DNA from: Octopus sinensis
Lineage: Eukaryota
Direction of reading: 5' to 3'
Length of the DNA stretch: 64,000 nucleotides
NCBI RefSeq assembly: GCF_006345805.1
Contig: NC_042997.1
Span: 198,772,001 to 198,836,000, forward strand
Under the pieces are notes generated by a model, which saw only the letters and a program-made list of their open reading frames with translations, made no database searches and was not told where the DNA came from. Every line of letters begins with the position of its first letter. Positions within the stretch are counted from its first letter, which is position 1. The translations under genes were made by a program, and so were the position numbers. Below are positions 1-12,342 of the stretch, piece after piece.

Positions 1-868
1 CAACGGAAATCAATTTTCTTTTTGCCTTGTTTTCCTTCGAGAAAAAGTACTGAACAAATTGCAATGACCAAATATCATCAAACTTGAGATAAGAATTTAA
101 GATTCTTTTTAAGATTTTACGACAAAACAATAAACACTATATATTTTGGATGTTGTTACACAAAACAATCACGGAAAAGTAAACTGTTGTTTTAATTCAA
201 TTTTATTATATTTTCTATGGAACTGCGTTAATGTTTGCAGTATGGATCATATAAGCAGAATAGGAAATATTAACTGACAAGAAAAAGAAGGAAAAAGAGA
301 GAGAATAGAAACAAACATGTACCAGCATGTTTTACGATATTAATACAAAAATTAAATATTAAAAAAAAATATTATTCTCTTTCCTTCACTTGTCTTTTAT
401 AAACAAGTTAAAACTGATTAAGGCCACATACACACACACACACACACTCTCTCTCACACACATCGATTTCTTTAGATTGGACGTTCTTATAGAAATTCGC
501 CATGTTTATTATTCCTCAAATATTGGCAAACCTCAACGCTGAGAAAGAAGAAAGAAATTAACAAGTATCGATATTTTATTGAGGAATTTTGTTGTCGTTT
601 ACATGCATATGTTTTTATTTCATGCTACTTCAATGACCATTTATTTAACAATGGTATACCCACGATCTTACTTTACATTTGTGATTTACATAAAACCAAT
701 CGCGACACACGCTTGGCCGCTAAATTATGTAGCCCCATACAGAGAACCCCATTCTCAAATAACTCCTATAAGACTTTCCCCACGTTTACCTAAGTAACCG
801 AAACAGCTTCTATACTACAAGCTGCGACTGGCAGCCACTCGTTAGCTGTACATCTACCCGTTCCTTAC

Positions 869-923
869 CGTAATGAAAGTGCTTCGATCCACCCGCGACG
901 TCGGGTACACAACCAGAACACAT
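869..923 (-). CDS. Candidate short first coding exon (MCSGCVPDVAGGSKHFHY + 1 nt, phase 1)
   Basis: ATG at 923 in a CpG-rich block (about 690-1330), open to a CG|GTAAGG donor at 868. No recognisable homology. Confidence 0.2.
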
Positions 924-1771
924 TCGCCGACAATAACTCCAAATGAATAAAGACTGATACAAGAAATGATGAGCGAACGATCGAGATGCGGACTCCGCAG
1001 GTGGTATCACTCATACTCATCTAGGAGAGCAATAACTCCGAATGCTAACTCGTGCAGAGCAGAGGAGACTCCTCGCCACACATCGCACGGGAGAACTTCT
1101 CGTACGTTGGCAGGATAATTTTATATCCGGTCCACCCTGTAAAGAGGTTGTTGATATAAAGAACACCAAACCGTAGAAACAATGTCAGACATGAAATATA
1201 CAAGGTAGACATGGACAGCGCAAGCTGCGTTGTTGACAATCCAATTAGGAAGGCGATAGCTCTGAAGGAGAACGGACAGAAGAACTGGCTTCTAGTAATA
1301 TTTAACTGAGAAGACTGCAGCCATATGAAATGGTGTGTGTACACACACACACACACACTATAAAGATTCGGAATTGAGGCAGGTACCTTATTAGCACTGT
1401 GATATAACCCAGCTCTAGCTAACCACATGGAATGGTAGAGAATATACAGGATTGTTTAAGATAAACAATTACAATGTACATCACTGAATAAGTAAATCCC
1501 GAGTTCAATGGATTCCACACAGCACATACAGAATATATAATCAACACATAATAAAGAGGAATTATTCGTCTTCAAATTTTGTCTATTACAGTATTATTCT
1601 CATTGAATTCACATTAAATTCCATTCTGACATGTGTTTCTATTGTCCTTCGATATAGCATTTATTTCGTTCAGTTACACTACATATTTGTCAAAGTTACA
1701 CTTTCCTATGCAGACTTGTTCAAGATTTACCCATACGGGTGGCGTGTGAGTGTATATATATATATATAGTT

Positions 1772-1950
1772 AATCCAAACATGAAAACACAACAACGCGA
1801 GGACGTGAAACAAGTATAGAGTTATTGGACGCTCAGAAAAGGGAAGAAAAGAGGATTTAACGTTTCGAGCGGAGCTCTTCGTCAGAAACATAGAAAAAGG
1901 AAAGGTCCAAGGAAGGGAAGACGGAGGGAAAAAATCGCCAACGATACACA
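1772..1950 (-). mobile_element. Penelope-like element 3'-terminal fragment in (TA)n
   Basis: Similar to the termini at 24072-24300 and 25645-25830; flanked by TA tracts; carries a hammerhead motif. Confidence 0.7.
1855..1889 (-). ncRNA. Minimal type I hammerhead ribozyme motif
   Basis: Minus strand reads GUUU-CUGACGA-A-GAGC(UCC)GCUC-GAA-ACGU-U-AAAU: intact core, extra A after A9, palindromic ACGU helix III, 4-bp stem I. Confidence 0.7.
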
Positions 1951-2028
1951 TGCAGATATATATATATAATTACTTCAATTTAGTATTACAAATACATAAT
2001 CCACCTATATATCAATAAATAATATAAT

Positions 2029-2073
<45 letters not shown>

Positions 2074-2519
2074 TTGAAGTTAATTAGGTATTATATATAA
2101 TAGAAATGAATGTGTATTCGCTTTTCGCGAGAAAACGGCTTCACCAATTCCTTCCATATTTGTGATGCATGAATAATTTGACCTCGGACATAAGTTAGGC
2201 TCTTCATTTGATTTTTTTAAAACTAAAAATAAAACTTATTGCTTTATATTTATGATTCAATTCTTTAAAAAGGTTTCTCAATATCAGCTTCCGGTATTGA
2301 CGTAAAAACAGCGAAGTCTCTCACTCTCTATTTTAATGTTCGCTGTTTGTAAACAACTTCGATATGTTACTGAAAGAAATATTTGCTAAGTTCACAAATT
2401 TAGATCTACGAGACAAGATAGTTTTTAACGTCCGTTCATTTATACGATTTTTTCATTCCATGTTTATCTCATTCATTGTTTCCGATGCTCTCCCTCTCTC
2501 ACGCACACACACGTCCATT

Positions 2520-2617
2520 TCATCTGATGTTTGATACTATATATATATATATATATATATATCTGTGCGCACCTGCGGCATTCCATAATTGTCACATACA
2601 CAGTCACACACACACAC

Positions 2618-2656
<39 letters not shown>

Positions 2657-2666
2657 ACTATTTGTG

Positions 2667-2703
<37 letters not shown>

Positions 2704-2705
2704 TA
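2520..2705. repeat. Compound (TA)n/(CA)n/(TG)n microsatellite
   Basis: Directly visible dinucleotide tracts. Confidence 0.95.
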
Positions 2706-3771
2706 TTTGTGACAGACACAAATTCGTAGGCGGAGCCGACGGGGTCGCGTTAGAATTGAAACTAATACATAACTGGTATTCGTATATAGCCTAGGGAAAT
2801 GAAAAGCCTGATCGACCACGACAGGATTTCAACTCAGTATGTAGAAGAACAAAAACGAACTTTCAATACATAAAAACATTTAATAGTTTCCTTCTCCCTG
2901 GCTTTCCTTGGAGTTGACTTCATTTTAACCTCTCGGAAACAAAAAACATTCAACATAAACTACCAGTTATACACTGGGGTCGATACAAGAAAATCCCCTT
3001 CTTCTAAAAAGAATTAAAAAGCAAAAACATTCGCCTCCTTCTTATGAGGTATATAATAGTAGTGGCTCCACAAAACACACTCCCTCAATTATAAAGTGAA
3101 AGATAATCTAATGGACGTATTATCAAAGTTAAAAGAGAAATATCTATGCATAACCTTTACTCTATATGCAATGTTTTCCACTTGAGAATTCTCACAAGTT
3201 TTCATTCACTAACAGATTTAATGTCACGTAAAATGTCATCAAACTTTGATTATGTTTTGAAAACATTACTTTCAACTTCTCATTCAACAGTATGTATTCC
3301 ATGGTTGTAGTGAGATATGTCAGATGCTACCCAAGCGATTTCATGGAATACTATGACTGTTTCTGAACTGACCTCATTCTACTGTAAGTAATATTGTTTT
3401 ATTTTCACTTGTTGTTCAGCTCTGATCAAGCAGGTCTTTGATTATCAATGATGTTCACACCGTTCCCATCCACTTCTTCCTTTTTTTCTTTTTGGAAGGC
3501 TAGGAGTAATGGTAGTAGGGGAATAGTTTGCATTCATTCCCACATTACCTTCACCGTCGGGAGTTATTTACCATTTATTTATTTATTGCTTGCTTCTATC
3601 ATTGGACTGCAGCCACGAAGAAGTTTTAGTCGAACAAATGAGTGATACTTATTCTAACAGTCTCCCTTTGACGAACTACTTAATTACGAGGACAGTAAAC
3701 CAGCCAACATAAAACGGTGGTGGTACAAAGGCACACACACACATACACATTACATATATATATATATATAT

Positions 3772-4160
3772 AGGATAAAATCTTTATAAAAATTTATCAA
3801 GTAGTTAGCGTGAAAAACTTCATAAGGGAAAAATTTATTAATTATTCCCTATAAATATATTTATTCATATTAAGGGCATTACTATACATAAATGCCTCAC
3901 GCTAGGAGGGACTCTTAAATTCAAAACTACTATAATAACCACAATATACCGAACGCGTGGGAATGCAACTCTCGAAGCGAGTCTCCTAAAAACAGACTCA
4001 ACTGCATATCATATGATTTCGTAATTAGTGCACAAAATGCACTTTTTACTCGTCAGTGCAAGCATAGTCAAGACATAAAAATAAACAAAAATCAACATAC
4101 CAGACGAATACCACATGTATCCTGTACAGTACATAGAAATTGTTTACACTTATATATCTA
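3772..4160 (-). mobile_element. Probable Penelope-like terminal repeat or retrozyme-like fragment next to (TA)n
   Basis: Abuts the TA tract at 3755-3771 and contains a canonical hammerhead. No ORF. Confidence 0.5.
4002..4061 (-). ncRNA. Canonical type I hammerhead ribozyme
   Basis: Minus strand reads UUGCA-CUGACGA-GUAA(aaaGUGCAuuuugUGCACuaa)UUAC-GAA-AUCAUAUGAU-A-UGCAG. All core nucleotides are present, with G10.1-C11.1, a 5-bp stem I and a palindromic helix III. Predicted cleavage is between 4007 and 4006. Confidence 0.9.
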
Positions 4161-4909
4161 TGTAAGAGGCGGGCTTTTCGAATTGCATTTCGGTACTCAT
4201 GTTTATTCAGAATAAAATATAGGAAATAATTAGTAAATTTTTTCTCTATGAGGTTTTTCAGGCTAACAACTTGATAAATTCTTATAAAGATTTTATCGTA
4301 TATTTAAATTGTAAATTTAACCGGAATATATTCAGTGCTGAATTTTATTCTGAATGAACACGAAGAAGAATTATCCTTTCTGCTACAATTTGTTCAATTG
4401 AAGGTCTTTCTTAACTAAATTCTTTTTTTCTTTTTCAAATAAAACACATTTTAGTAAGTTCTTCTAATTTGGCAAAACTCGCTCGCTAAGATCACATGGC
4501 ATTCAATATCATGACGCGTTATCGGTTTATGAGTCATCACTAGATATAGACAACACTAAATTTAACACGATCATTAATTTTAATACAATGGCCTAAAGTC
4601 AAAGTACAAAGCAGAAAACTTCATACATATGACGTACGTGCACACGCAACGACCGTTGCAGCGGCACGGGAGAGAAGTTCACACCTCCGTTCTCTTTATA
4701 GTCAATGTGGAACCTCAAGATATTGGTCAATTGTATTGAAACTTGATATGCAATCTCTTAAGAATACTACATTTAATGTTTTGGATTCTGCTATGTAGAA
4801 ATATGTGTTTGTTACGACTTATAATCCATGAAATTCAAAATTCGACTCAAAATAGCGATTTTCAAAATTTTAAATTGCGCTGCGGATTTAACATTCTTTT
4901 TTCCGTTTC

Positions 4910-5045
4910 CGCCCACTAAATCCACTCCCAAAGGCTTTGGTCGGCCTGGGAATATAGTAGAAATATTTACCCAAGCTATCACGCAGTAGAACTGAACCCG
5001 TAACCATGCGATTCGGAAGCAAATTTCTTACCACACAGCCGCACA
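4910..5045 (-). mobile_element. tRNA-derived SINE family A, 5' part
   Basis: Matches the head and core of full-length copies such as 54298-54734. Confidence 0.75.
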
Positions 5046-6023
5046 TGCGCGGGCGATTTAGGTGCTATTTCTAGCAGGCTCAGGCATAGGTAACCTTTTT
5101 CGAAAAGCGGGACGCATGAGACGTGGATCGTCATCAGGTGAGTTACACTAGTAAAAACATTGAAGGTAGTTTTTTGATAAGCGTGCCGTTGAGAATGTCC
5201 CGCGTGCCGTAGTTCACCTATGACTGTTTTAAATGCCCCTTCGTTGACTCAGTGGCTCTCTCGTCGATTTCTTTTTTTTTTTAGATGAGCGTTGGGATCG
5301 TTACTGATTGATAAGCTGTTAGTAATTTGCAGTATTGTTTACTCTCTTTCAATGAATATGAATGTCGTTCCTCTTTGATAGACCGATTCAGTATCCCAAA
5401 TGTCAATACTGGATTTAGCTATCACAAATATCCCATGAGATGACTGTCTGTTACACAATTTCCTTTTTACGATCCCTTTTGATCGAAAACCTACCCCACA
5501 TTATTTTCTCCCCAAAAAGATAAGCTCTACTTTGTAATTTGTCCCGTCTGTATTCAGCTCTGTGTGGCTAATAAAGAAACGTATCTGTTACACAACGAGA
5601 AATCTCTTCGCTGTACAACATTTGTGACGTTGGCCAGATATTTCCTACAGTTATACTAGTTGATCTAAACTAGAATATTTACCCATTTTCTTTATTTAAA
5701 CAAGGAGGATATAAATACCTTAAGTATTGAAGCTTCCTGTCAATTAGTAGTCACCGTTTCACTTCAGATTTTACCAAGTCAGCAGTAAGTGAATATGCTA
5801 TTAATAGTTTCTTGGAATTTCAAGTGTTACTAACATTAACAATGGGTTTTTCAATAAACATTGATTTTATTTGCTGTGCTGTTCTGAGAAAGTCACAATG
5901 GAATCTTTAACAAAGATGATAGGGATGTGCGTGTGAGGGACGGTGTTGAGAATTATGACAACCTGACGGGCTAATATAAGAAGTACATTTGTTTTAGGAA
6001 TACAGCACTCTGTAAATACGTAC

Positions 6024-6074
6024 ATTAGATAGCATACAAGAGCAGCTTCTGAATTGTTCTTCATTCGTCGCCAT
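6024..6074 (-). CDS. Candidate first coding exon (MATNEEQFRSCS[CMLSN])
   Basis: Good Kozak context (caacATGG) at 6074. Possible donors are T|GTATGC at 6037 (phase 1) or AAT|GTACGT at 6023 (phase 0). Non-repetitive and CpG-containing; no homology recognised. Confidence 0.3.
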
Positions 6075-6724
6075 GTTGAAGAGTGATTGGATCTACCCCG
6101 CGATTTAAAACGGTTCAAATCTCTTGTAATGACATTAACTACCAGATACCTGCAGTCTTCCTCGAAGTTCTTCTTTGACGCTTGTCAGAGACAAATATTC
6201 AGAATATGTGTTGTCTAAACTGCTACATGCTATCGTGTCTCCATAACAATGCACCTGTATTATATTTTTTGTTGCACCTCGAAAAAAATACATCATATGA
6301 CGCATTTTTGGAAACGATACATAAATTCCTTAACTTTTTTTCTACTTCTCAAATCAAGTTACATGGCATTCATCATCAGCATCATTATAACATCTAGTAA
6401 TCTTTGCTTGCATTGGTCGGACGGAGCTTATCTAAGTAGACTTTCTACGGCGAGATGCCATTCCTGTTGCTAACCCTCACCTTTTTCCAAACATGTTTTC
6501 ACAGAATACTTGAAATGAATGACGCTGCTTGTAAAACGGACACAAAAGTACACATACACGCGCATGTGTGTGTGTGTGTGAGTCCTACAATGTATCAGCA
6601 CAGCTCGGTGCAATCCCAAAAGACACCTATTGCCAGTTGGCACCATTAGATTGTAGCTAGCATAGTTGAATAGGAGCTTTTATTTGCATATTCAAACCAT
6701 TTCGCATAAATGAATTTAAAGGAG

Positions 6725-6786
<62 letters not shown>

Positions 6787-6895
6787 TATATACATGTACA
6801 TACATAGATACATACTACACCTGCTTGTTGTTCGTACACCTGTCTTTGTCTTTTGTTTTTCTGTAAATTTCAATTACATATATATATATATATAT

Positions 6896-7187
6896 GGAGG
6901 CATATGGCCTCGTGGTTAGAGCAGCGAGGGATCGCGGGTTCGAATCTCAGACCGGGCGATGTGTGTGTTTATGAGCGAAACACCTAAGCTCCACGCGGCT
7001 CCGGCAGAAGGTAATGGCGGACTTCTGCTGACTCTTTCACCACAACTTTCTCTCACACTCCCCTCCTGCGTCTTGCAGCTCACCTGCGACGGACCGGCGT
7101 CCCGTCTAGGTGGGGAATCTATACGCCAATGAAACCGGGAAACCAGTCCTTATGAGCCAGGCGTGGCTTGAGAAGGAACAAACAACA
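6896..7187 (+). mobile_element. tRNA-derived SINE (family B variant)
   Basis: A-box TGGCCTCGTGGTTAGAG and B-box GGTTCGAATC; a homologous minus-strand copy lies at 36625-36918. Confidence 0.85.
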
Positions 7188-8196
7188 TTCGTGCGTACAC
7201 ACACACTCGACGGGTTTCTTTTAGTTTCCTGTCTACCGAATCCACCCACAACGCTTTAGTCGGCGCCGACATATAGCAGCAGACTCTTATTCAACAAGCC
7301 ATGTGCTTAGGAAGTAAACTGCACCGGCACACTCTTCCTTGTGACTGTTATACAGTGGTCAAAAACGAGTCATAGTTACTGGGAAATATTTAGCAGACTT
7401 CAATAGGATAGGTTCTGTATCCTACCTGTAGGTATATCAGTTGTTCAGAAAGGAGAGCTAAGTTTTCGGGAAATGGTTTTTCCAACTAAATATCAATTCC
7501 AGGTTGAAACTATTTTACTTAATTTACTTCGCTACTGGCTGAGAAAGACACAGAAGTTGCACAATGTCATTGAAGAATTTTGGTTTTTCATGTAATAAAA
7601 TTAACGACAACAGTTTAAAGTACTTTTGCTATAACTTACTAAAATAACTCATTCTAAATAAGGTCATGTGAAGAGAAATTCTGTAAACACTGGAAACGAG
7701 TATTTTATACTTTGGAATCATTAAACACCACCACCACCTCCTCCTCTTCCTGCTTGGATGCTTTTAACGGCATTTTAATGCAAGCATTTGTGATAGTAGT
7801 CCAGTTTGATTCTCTTTCCCTCCCACCACTCTCGGAGGCACTGCCTTTCCTACTCTGACTAAGCTATTATTTTGATATTTGTTGGAATGATTTAGATATT
7901 TTCAGTGACCCGTTCCATTAATATATTTGGTTGGATAATAGTCAGTTTCAGTATTAAAGGAAATTCAATATTACTGGTTTACTGCACAAACATTTTGCAA
8001 TACCGCCTCTTACAGTGATAAATGCAAGACTATAATTACAAAACTTATAGTTTCAATATCCACTGATTCAAATGGTTCTCCGTAAATTTTACATGAACAT
8101 TCCTCTCCGATAACTTTCCTCAGCTATACAATATTCAATACATTATCGCGGTCTTTTCCATTTCGATAAATGTTTTGTTTTAATCATTACATATTA

Positions 8197-8563
8197 AACA
8201 AGAGCACACAGAGAGCGCAAAGCTCCGCCATGGCAACACCAACGTCCTCTCAACGATTAGCCAGAGATGATTTATAAAATGAGAATATCTGAAATAAACT
8301 CGTCTGCTCTCACAAACGTGAATACTAAAAATGAACCCGACCGCTCTCAAAAATTAAAAAATCAGGAAAAATAATCCAGAATCCTTGTCCAATACTGGAT
8401 CGATGCTAAAATCTAGTCAGTTTGTGCCATTCATGAGGCCAAGCATCCCTGAAAGTTTCATCTGAATCTATCCAGCGGTTCTTGAGATATTCTTGTCCAC
8501 GGACACAAACAAACAAACGCAACTGAAAACAATACCTCCACCTTCGCTAAGGCGGAGATAATA
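8197..8563 (+). mobile_element. Helentron/DINE-1-like non-autonomous element
   Basis: 5' AACAAGAGC...GCTCCGCC subterminal motif, 3' hairpin CTCCACCTT-CGCT-AAGGCGGAG, and (CAAA)n before the 3' end. Confidence 0.6.
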
Positions 8564-8589
8564 ACTTATGGTAACATTGCTTTCAAATT

Positions 8590-9130
8590 TTGGCACAAGG
8601 CAGCAAGTTCGAGTAGGAGTAAGTCGATTACATTGACCCCCGGGATGAACTGGTAATTGTTTTATCGACTCTGAAATGAATAAAGTTAACTCCGGTGGAA
8701 TTTGGACTCAGAACGTAAGGACCGACAAAATAGATATTTCTTTACTGCCTACAAGGGGCTACACACAAAGGAGACAAGCAAGGACTGACAAACGGATTAA
8801 GTCGATTATATCATCCCCAGTGTGTAACTGGTACTTAATTTATCGACCCCGAAAGGATGAAAGACGAAGTCGACCTCAGCGGAATTTGAACTCAGAACGT
8901 AGTGGCAGACGAAATACCTATTTCTTTACTACCCACAAGGGGCTAAACATAGAGAGGACAAACAAGTACAGACAAACAGATTAAGTTGATTACATCGACC
9001 CCAGTGCGTAACTGGTACTTAATTTATCGACCCCGAAAGGATGAAAGTCGACCTCAGAACGCAGCGGCGGACGAAATACCACAAAGCATTTCGCCCGGCG
9101 TGCTAACAATTCTGCCAGTTCACCGCCTTC
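8590..9130 (-). mobile_element. SINE family C, head plus about three tandem body units
   Basis: Repeated GACTTTGCCTTTCATCCTTTCGGGGTCGATAAATTAAGTACCAG body with a period of about 184 bp. Confidence 0.85.
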
Positions 9131-11414
9131 TAACTACGATAATATTAAATAAAAAACACGAAGGCAAAACGCTTAGCGTCAGAATCTTTAGCGGCATTTC
9201 GTCCTTTTGTAAGTCCTGAATTCAAATTCCGCCAGGGTTGACTGTCTTTCATAGTTTCAGGGTCGATAAAATAAGTACCAGGTGAGCATGGAGTCGATTT
9301 AATCAGTTTACGCTTTCCTCCGAAATTGCTGGCCTTGATCCAAAATTTAAAACCAATATTAAATAATATATTGCCTTTAAGTCTATGGCCTCAATAATTA
9401 AAAAGACGGCTTTACGAAGCTCAGCATTAAAACAAGTTATTTTCCAAACTCATTTTTTCCAAGCTCGGTTTTTCTAAATAGTTTCCTTGTTATCGTTGAA
9501 AGCATATTGTTAAAGTTCCCTTGTAATCATACAGATGAAAGCATACACTTAAGTATAAAAAATGGGTTTCATTACAGCATGTATTAGAGCAAGAGTTATT
9601 TTCTGTATTAGCATTTTTTTCTATTAGTCTCCTGGTTACTTTTTTTGAAAGCACTCAAGTTCAATATACAAGAAACCATGGATTCCATCTAAATTTCTGT
9701 TTGATAGCTTTCTAAACAACTTGAACCAAAGTATCCTTATTAATGATTAAATGTTTGAGAATAACGCTTATACGGTATTCTGTGCATATTTCCTTTCAAC
9801 ACATTTCCTCTTGGTTACGTTACTTGTTATGCGCAATATTGTTCTCCGTAATAACACTAAATCTCCTTGAGCGAGAGTATTCCTATCATTTATAGTGTAG
9901 CTTTTCATAATGAGATATAGGCCATGAAAAATTGATTTTCATTTAATGCATAAAGCTGTGCTTGCGAGCTATCAGTAAAATCTAAAGTATCCCTGGTTGG
10001 CAACCTGAATAATTTCGATAATTTGTCATTAAGTCTGAGTTGTCAGTATATAGATTTGTGTCCATTTTATGTTTAATGGTGTAATCTACGTTTCTAGCAA
10101 TTACAAGTATAACATCATTAATTCAGTGAATTATTCTTCAGCATGTTTCAGTCTCTAAAATTGAATAATTAACACAAAAACAAGAAATTCAATGAACCAT
10201 TACATTGAAGATTTAGATTGCAACGGAATGTCTCGGCAGTGACTGGTCACGATCAAATTCAAAGCAACAAAACTGAGTTTATATTTTAAAATCAACCCCT
10301 GCTGTTTGTCAACATCAAACAACGGGTCAGGTTAGCTGTAAACGATGTTTCATGAGATTCGAATGTAAACTAATGGATGAAGGTAGCTTGTAGCCAAATG
10401 TCAGGAGATTGTCTGAGTTACTGAATTATATCTTAAAACTTGTGTATGTCACTGAAAGTTAGAATAATAGAGTCATCAGCACGAAAAAAATATATATCTA
10501 AAGATAGACTGAAGGAATAAATTTCATGAGAAAAAATGCGATCAATTTTCCTGATTGGTGAGTTTCTATGAGAGACAAATGTTATATTATGTTATAAATG
10601 TCGTATACTCCAACTATGATACACCTAGCTATCGAGTACATGAAGATGGATGGATGCATGCATGCGCAAAACCATGTTGACGGGGAAGCGCAAAGTTGTG
10701 CAATGCAATGCAATTAATAATTTCTTTTCACTAAGTGCAATGTCTATTTTTGCTGAGTAGTAATATAGGCAACTGAATTGATATAAGGTTGTGGTACATA
10801 TTTTATCGATCTGGAAATATAATCCTTTGTCCAGATGTGTATTTTTTGCGCATACGCAAATAACATTCAACTCCGTCTGTGTATGTGTGTTGTGTGTAGT
10901 AACTGGCACGGACAATATATTTTCAGAAATATTAACCTGATATTATTCAAATATCTACAGAAATGTTCGACGGACTTAAATATGTTTCCAATAGATGGAT
11001 ATAAAATGTGAAATATATAATTGTTTTACATCAAACATTGCCAATAATGGTTTATTTTCGAAGATGAAGAAAAATCAATCTCACTATATCAACACAATAT
11101 AGACTTACAAGAATTTCTTCGCAAAATCTAACTGAAAGTAGTAAATGATTAAAAAAGAAGAATATTTTCTTCGTTTCTTGTCAGAATGAAACATAAGTTT
11201 AATTGACTTTGTCTTAGCATTGCTGTTCACAATCTTCCTTTCCAGACCGCAAATTACAAGGAGACAAGATGATTTTTGTTGTGAAAATATGTACCTTTGG
11301 CCATTTTTGTGAGTTAGACAACATATTGGTGAAAAGATAAACGAAATGTACAAGTGACAATCAAGTGATGACAAACACACCAAAGAGAGCCAACGAAGGA
11401 AACAGAACACATAA

Positions 11415-11820
11415 AACTCTTTTACTCATTTAATTGTTTCAGTCATTTGACTGCGGCTATGCTGCATCACCGCCTTTAGTCGAACGAATCGACTCCAGGA
11501 CATTCTTTGTAAGCCTGGCACTTATTCTATCGGTCTATTTTGCCGAACCGCTAAGTTACGGGGACGTAAACACACCACCATCGGTTGTCAAGCGATGTTG
11601 GGGGAACAAAGACACACACACACATATATATATATATTATATATATGTATATATATACGACGGACTTCTTTCAGTTTCCGTCTACCAAATCCACTGACAA
11701 GGCTTTGGTCGGACCGAGGCTATAGTAGAAAACACTTGCCCAAGGTGCCTCGCAGTGGGACTGAACCCGGAACCATGTGGTTGGTAAACAAGCTACTTAC
11801 CATATAGCCACTCTTGCGTC
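11415..11820 (-). mobile_element. SINE family A, full length with internal (TA)n
   Basis: tRNA-like head, an ACCTTGGGCAAG motif reminiscent of the CORE domain (octopus OR2 is a described CORE-SINE), an internal microsatellite and a GAGTAAAA tail. Confidence 0.9.
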
Positions 11821-12342
11821 TATAGAGGCAAATAGATAATTAAAAAGTCGGTTACTTCAGTGAATGAATGAGTTCAAGCTAATGCATGAAACTGAAAATC
11901 ATAAAAACATCTAAACGCTACAATACTAGAGACAAAATGTTTCGCCAAAATTCTCTCATCCAAGACCCATGTTTAAATACAAGATCAAATGTTTTCGAGA
12001 AATACAGACACATCGACAAGCACATACCATGGAACCGGAAAACATCTTTGTCAACAAAAATGACACCGTTGCACGGGCATCTCACATTATCTCTCTTTAC
12101 TATTCATCATTATCTAAATAATTATTATTGATTCTCATTAGCTGGACAACTAGATTACATAAACACAGAACACCGTTTTTCAAGCGATGTCAACGTAAAG
12201 AAAAAAAAAACAGAAACTGGAGATACACGACCCCCCCCCCACACACACACACAGGTTTTTATGCCGACACTTTACTCTTTTCTACATGAAGGATGGAATG
12301 GATTTGGCATGAATCCGTTTCATAAGAGAAAAGTAAAATATA

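Noticed and set aside
5081-5140. CUGAUGA...GAAA on the minus strand
   Set aside because: No 10.1-11.1 pair and no stem I.
8590-9130. CRISPR-like or prokaryotic repeat arrays
   Set aside because: The repeats are SINE bodies without unique spacers; nothing prokaryotic is seen in the window.
9440-10060. Possible decayed hAT-like transposase
   Set aside because: Only one weak motif resemblance; not supportable by eye.
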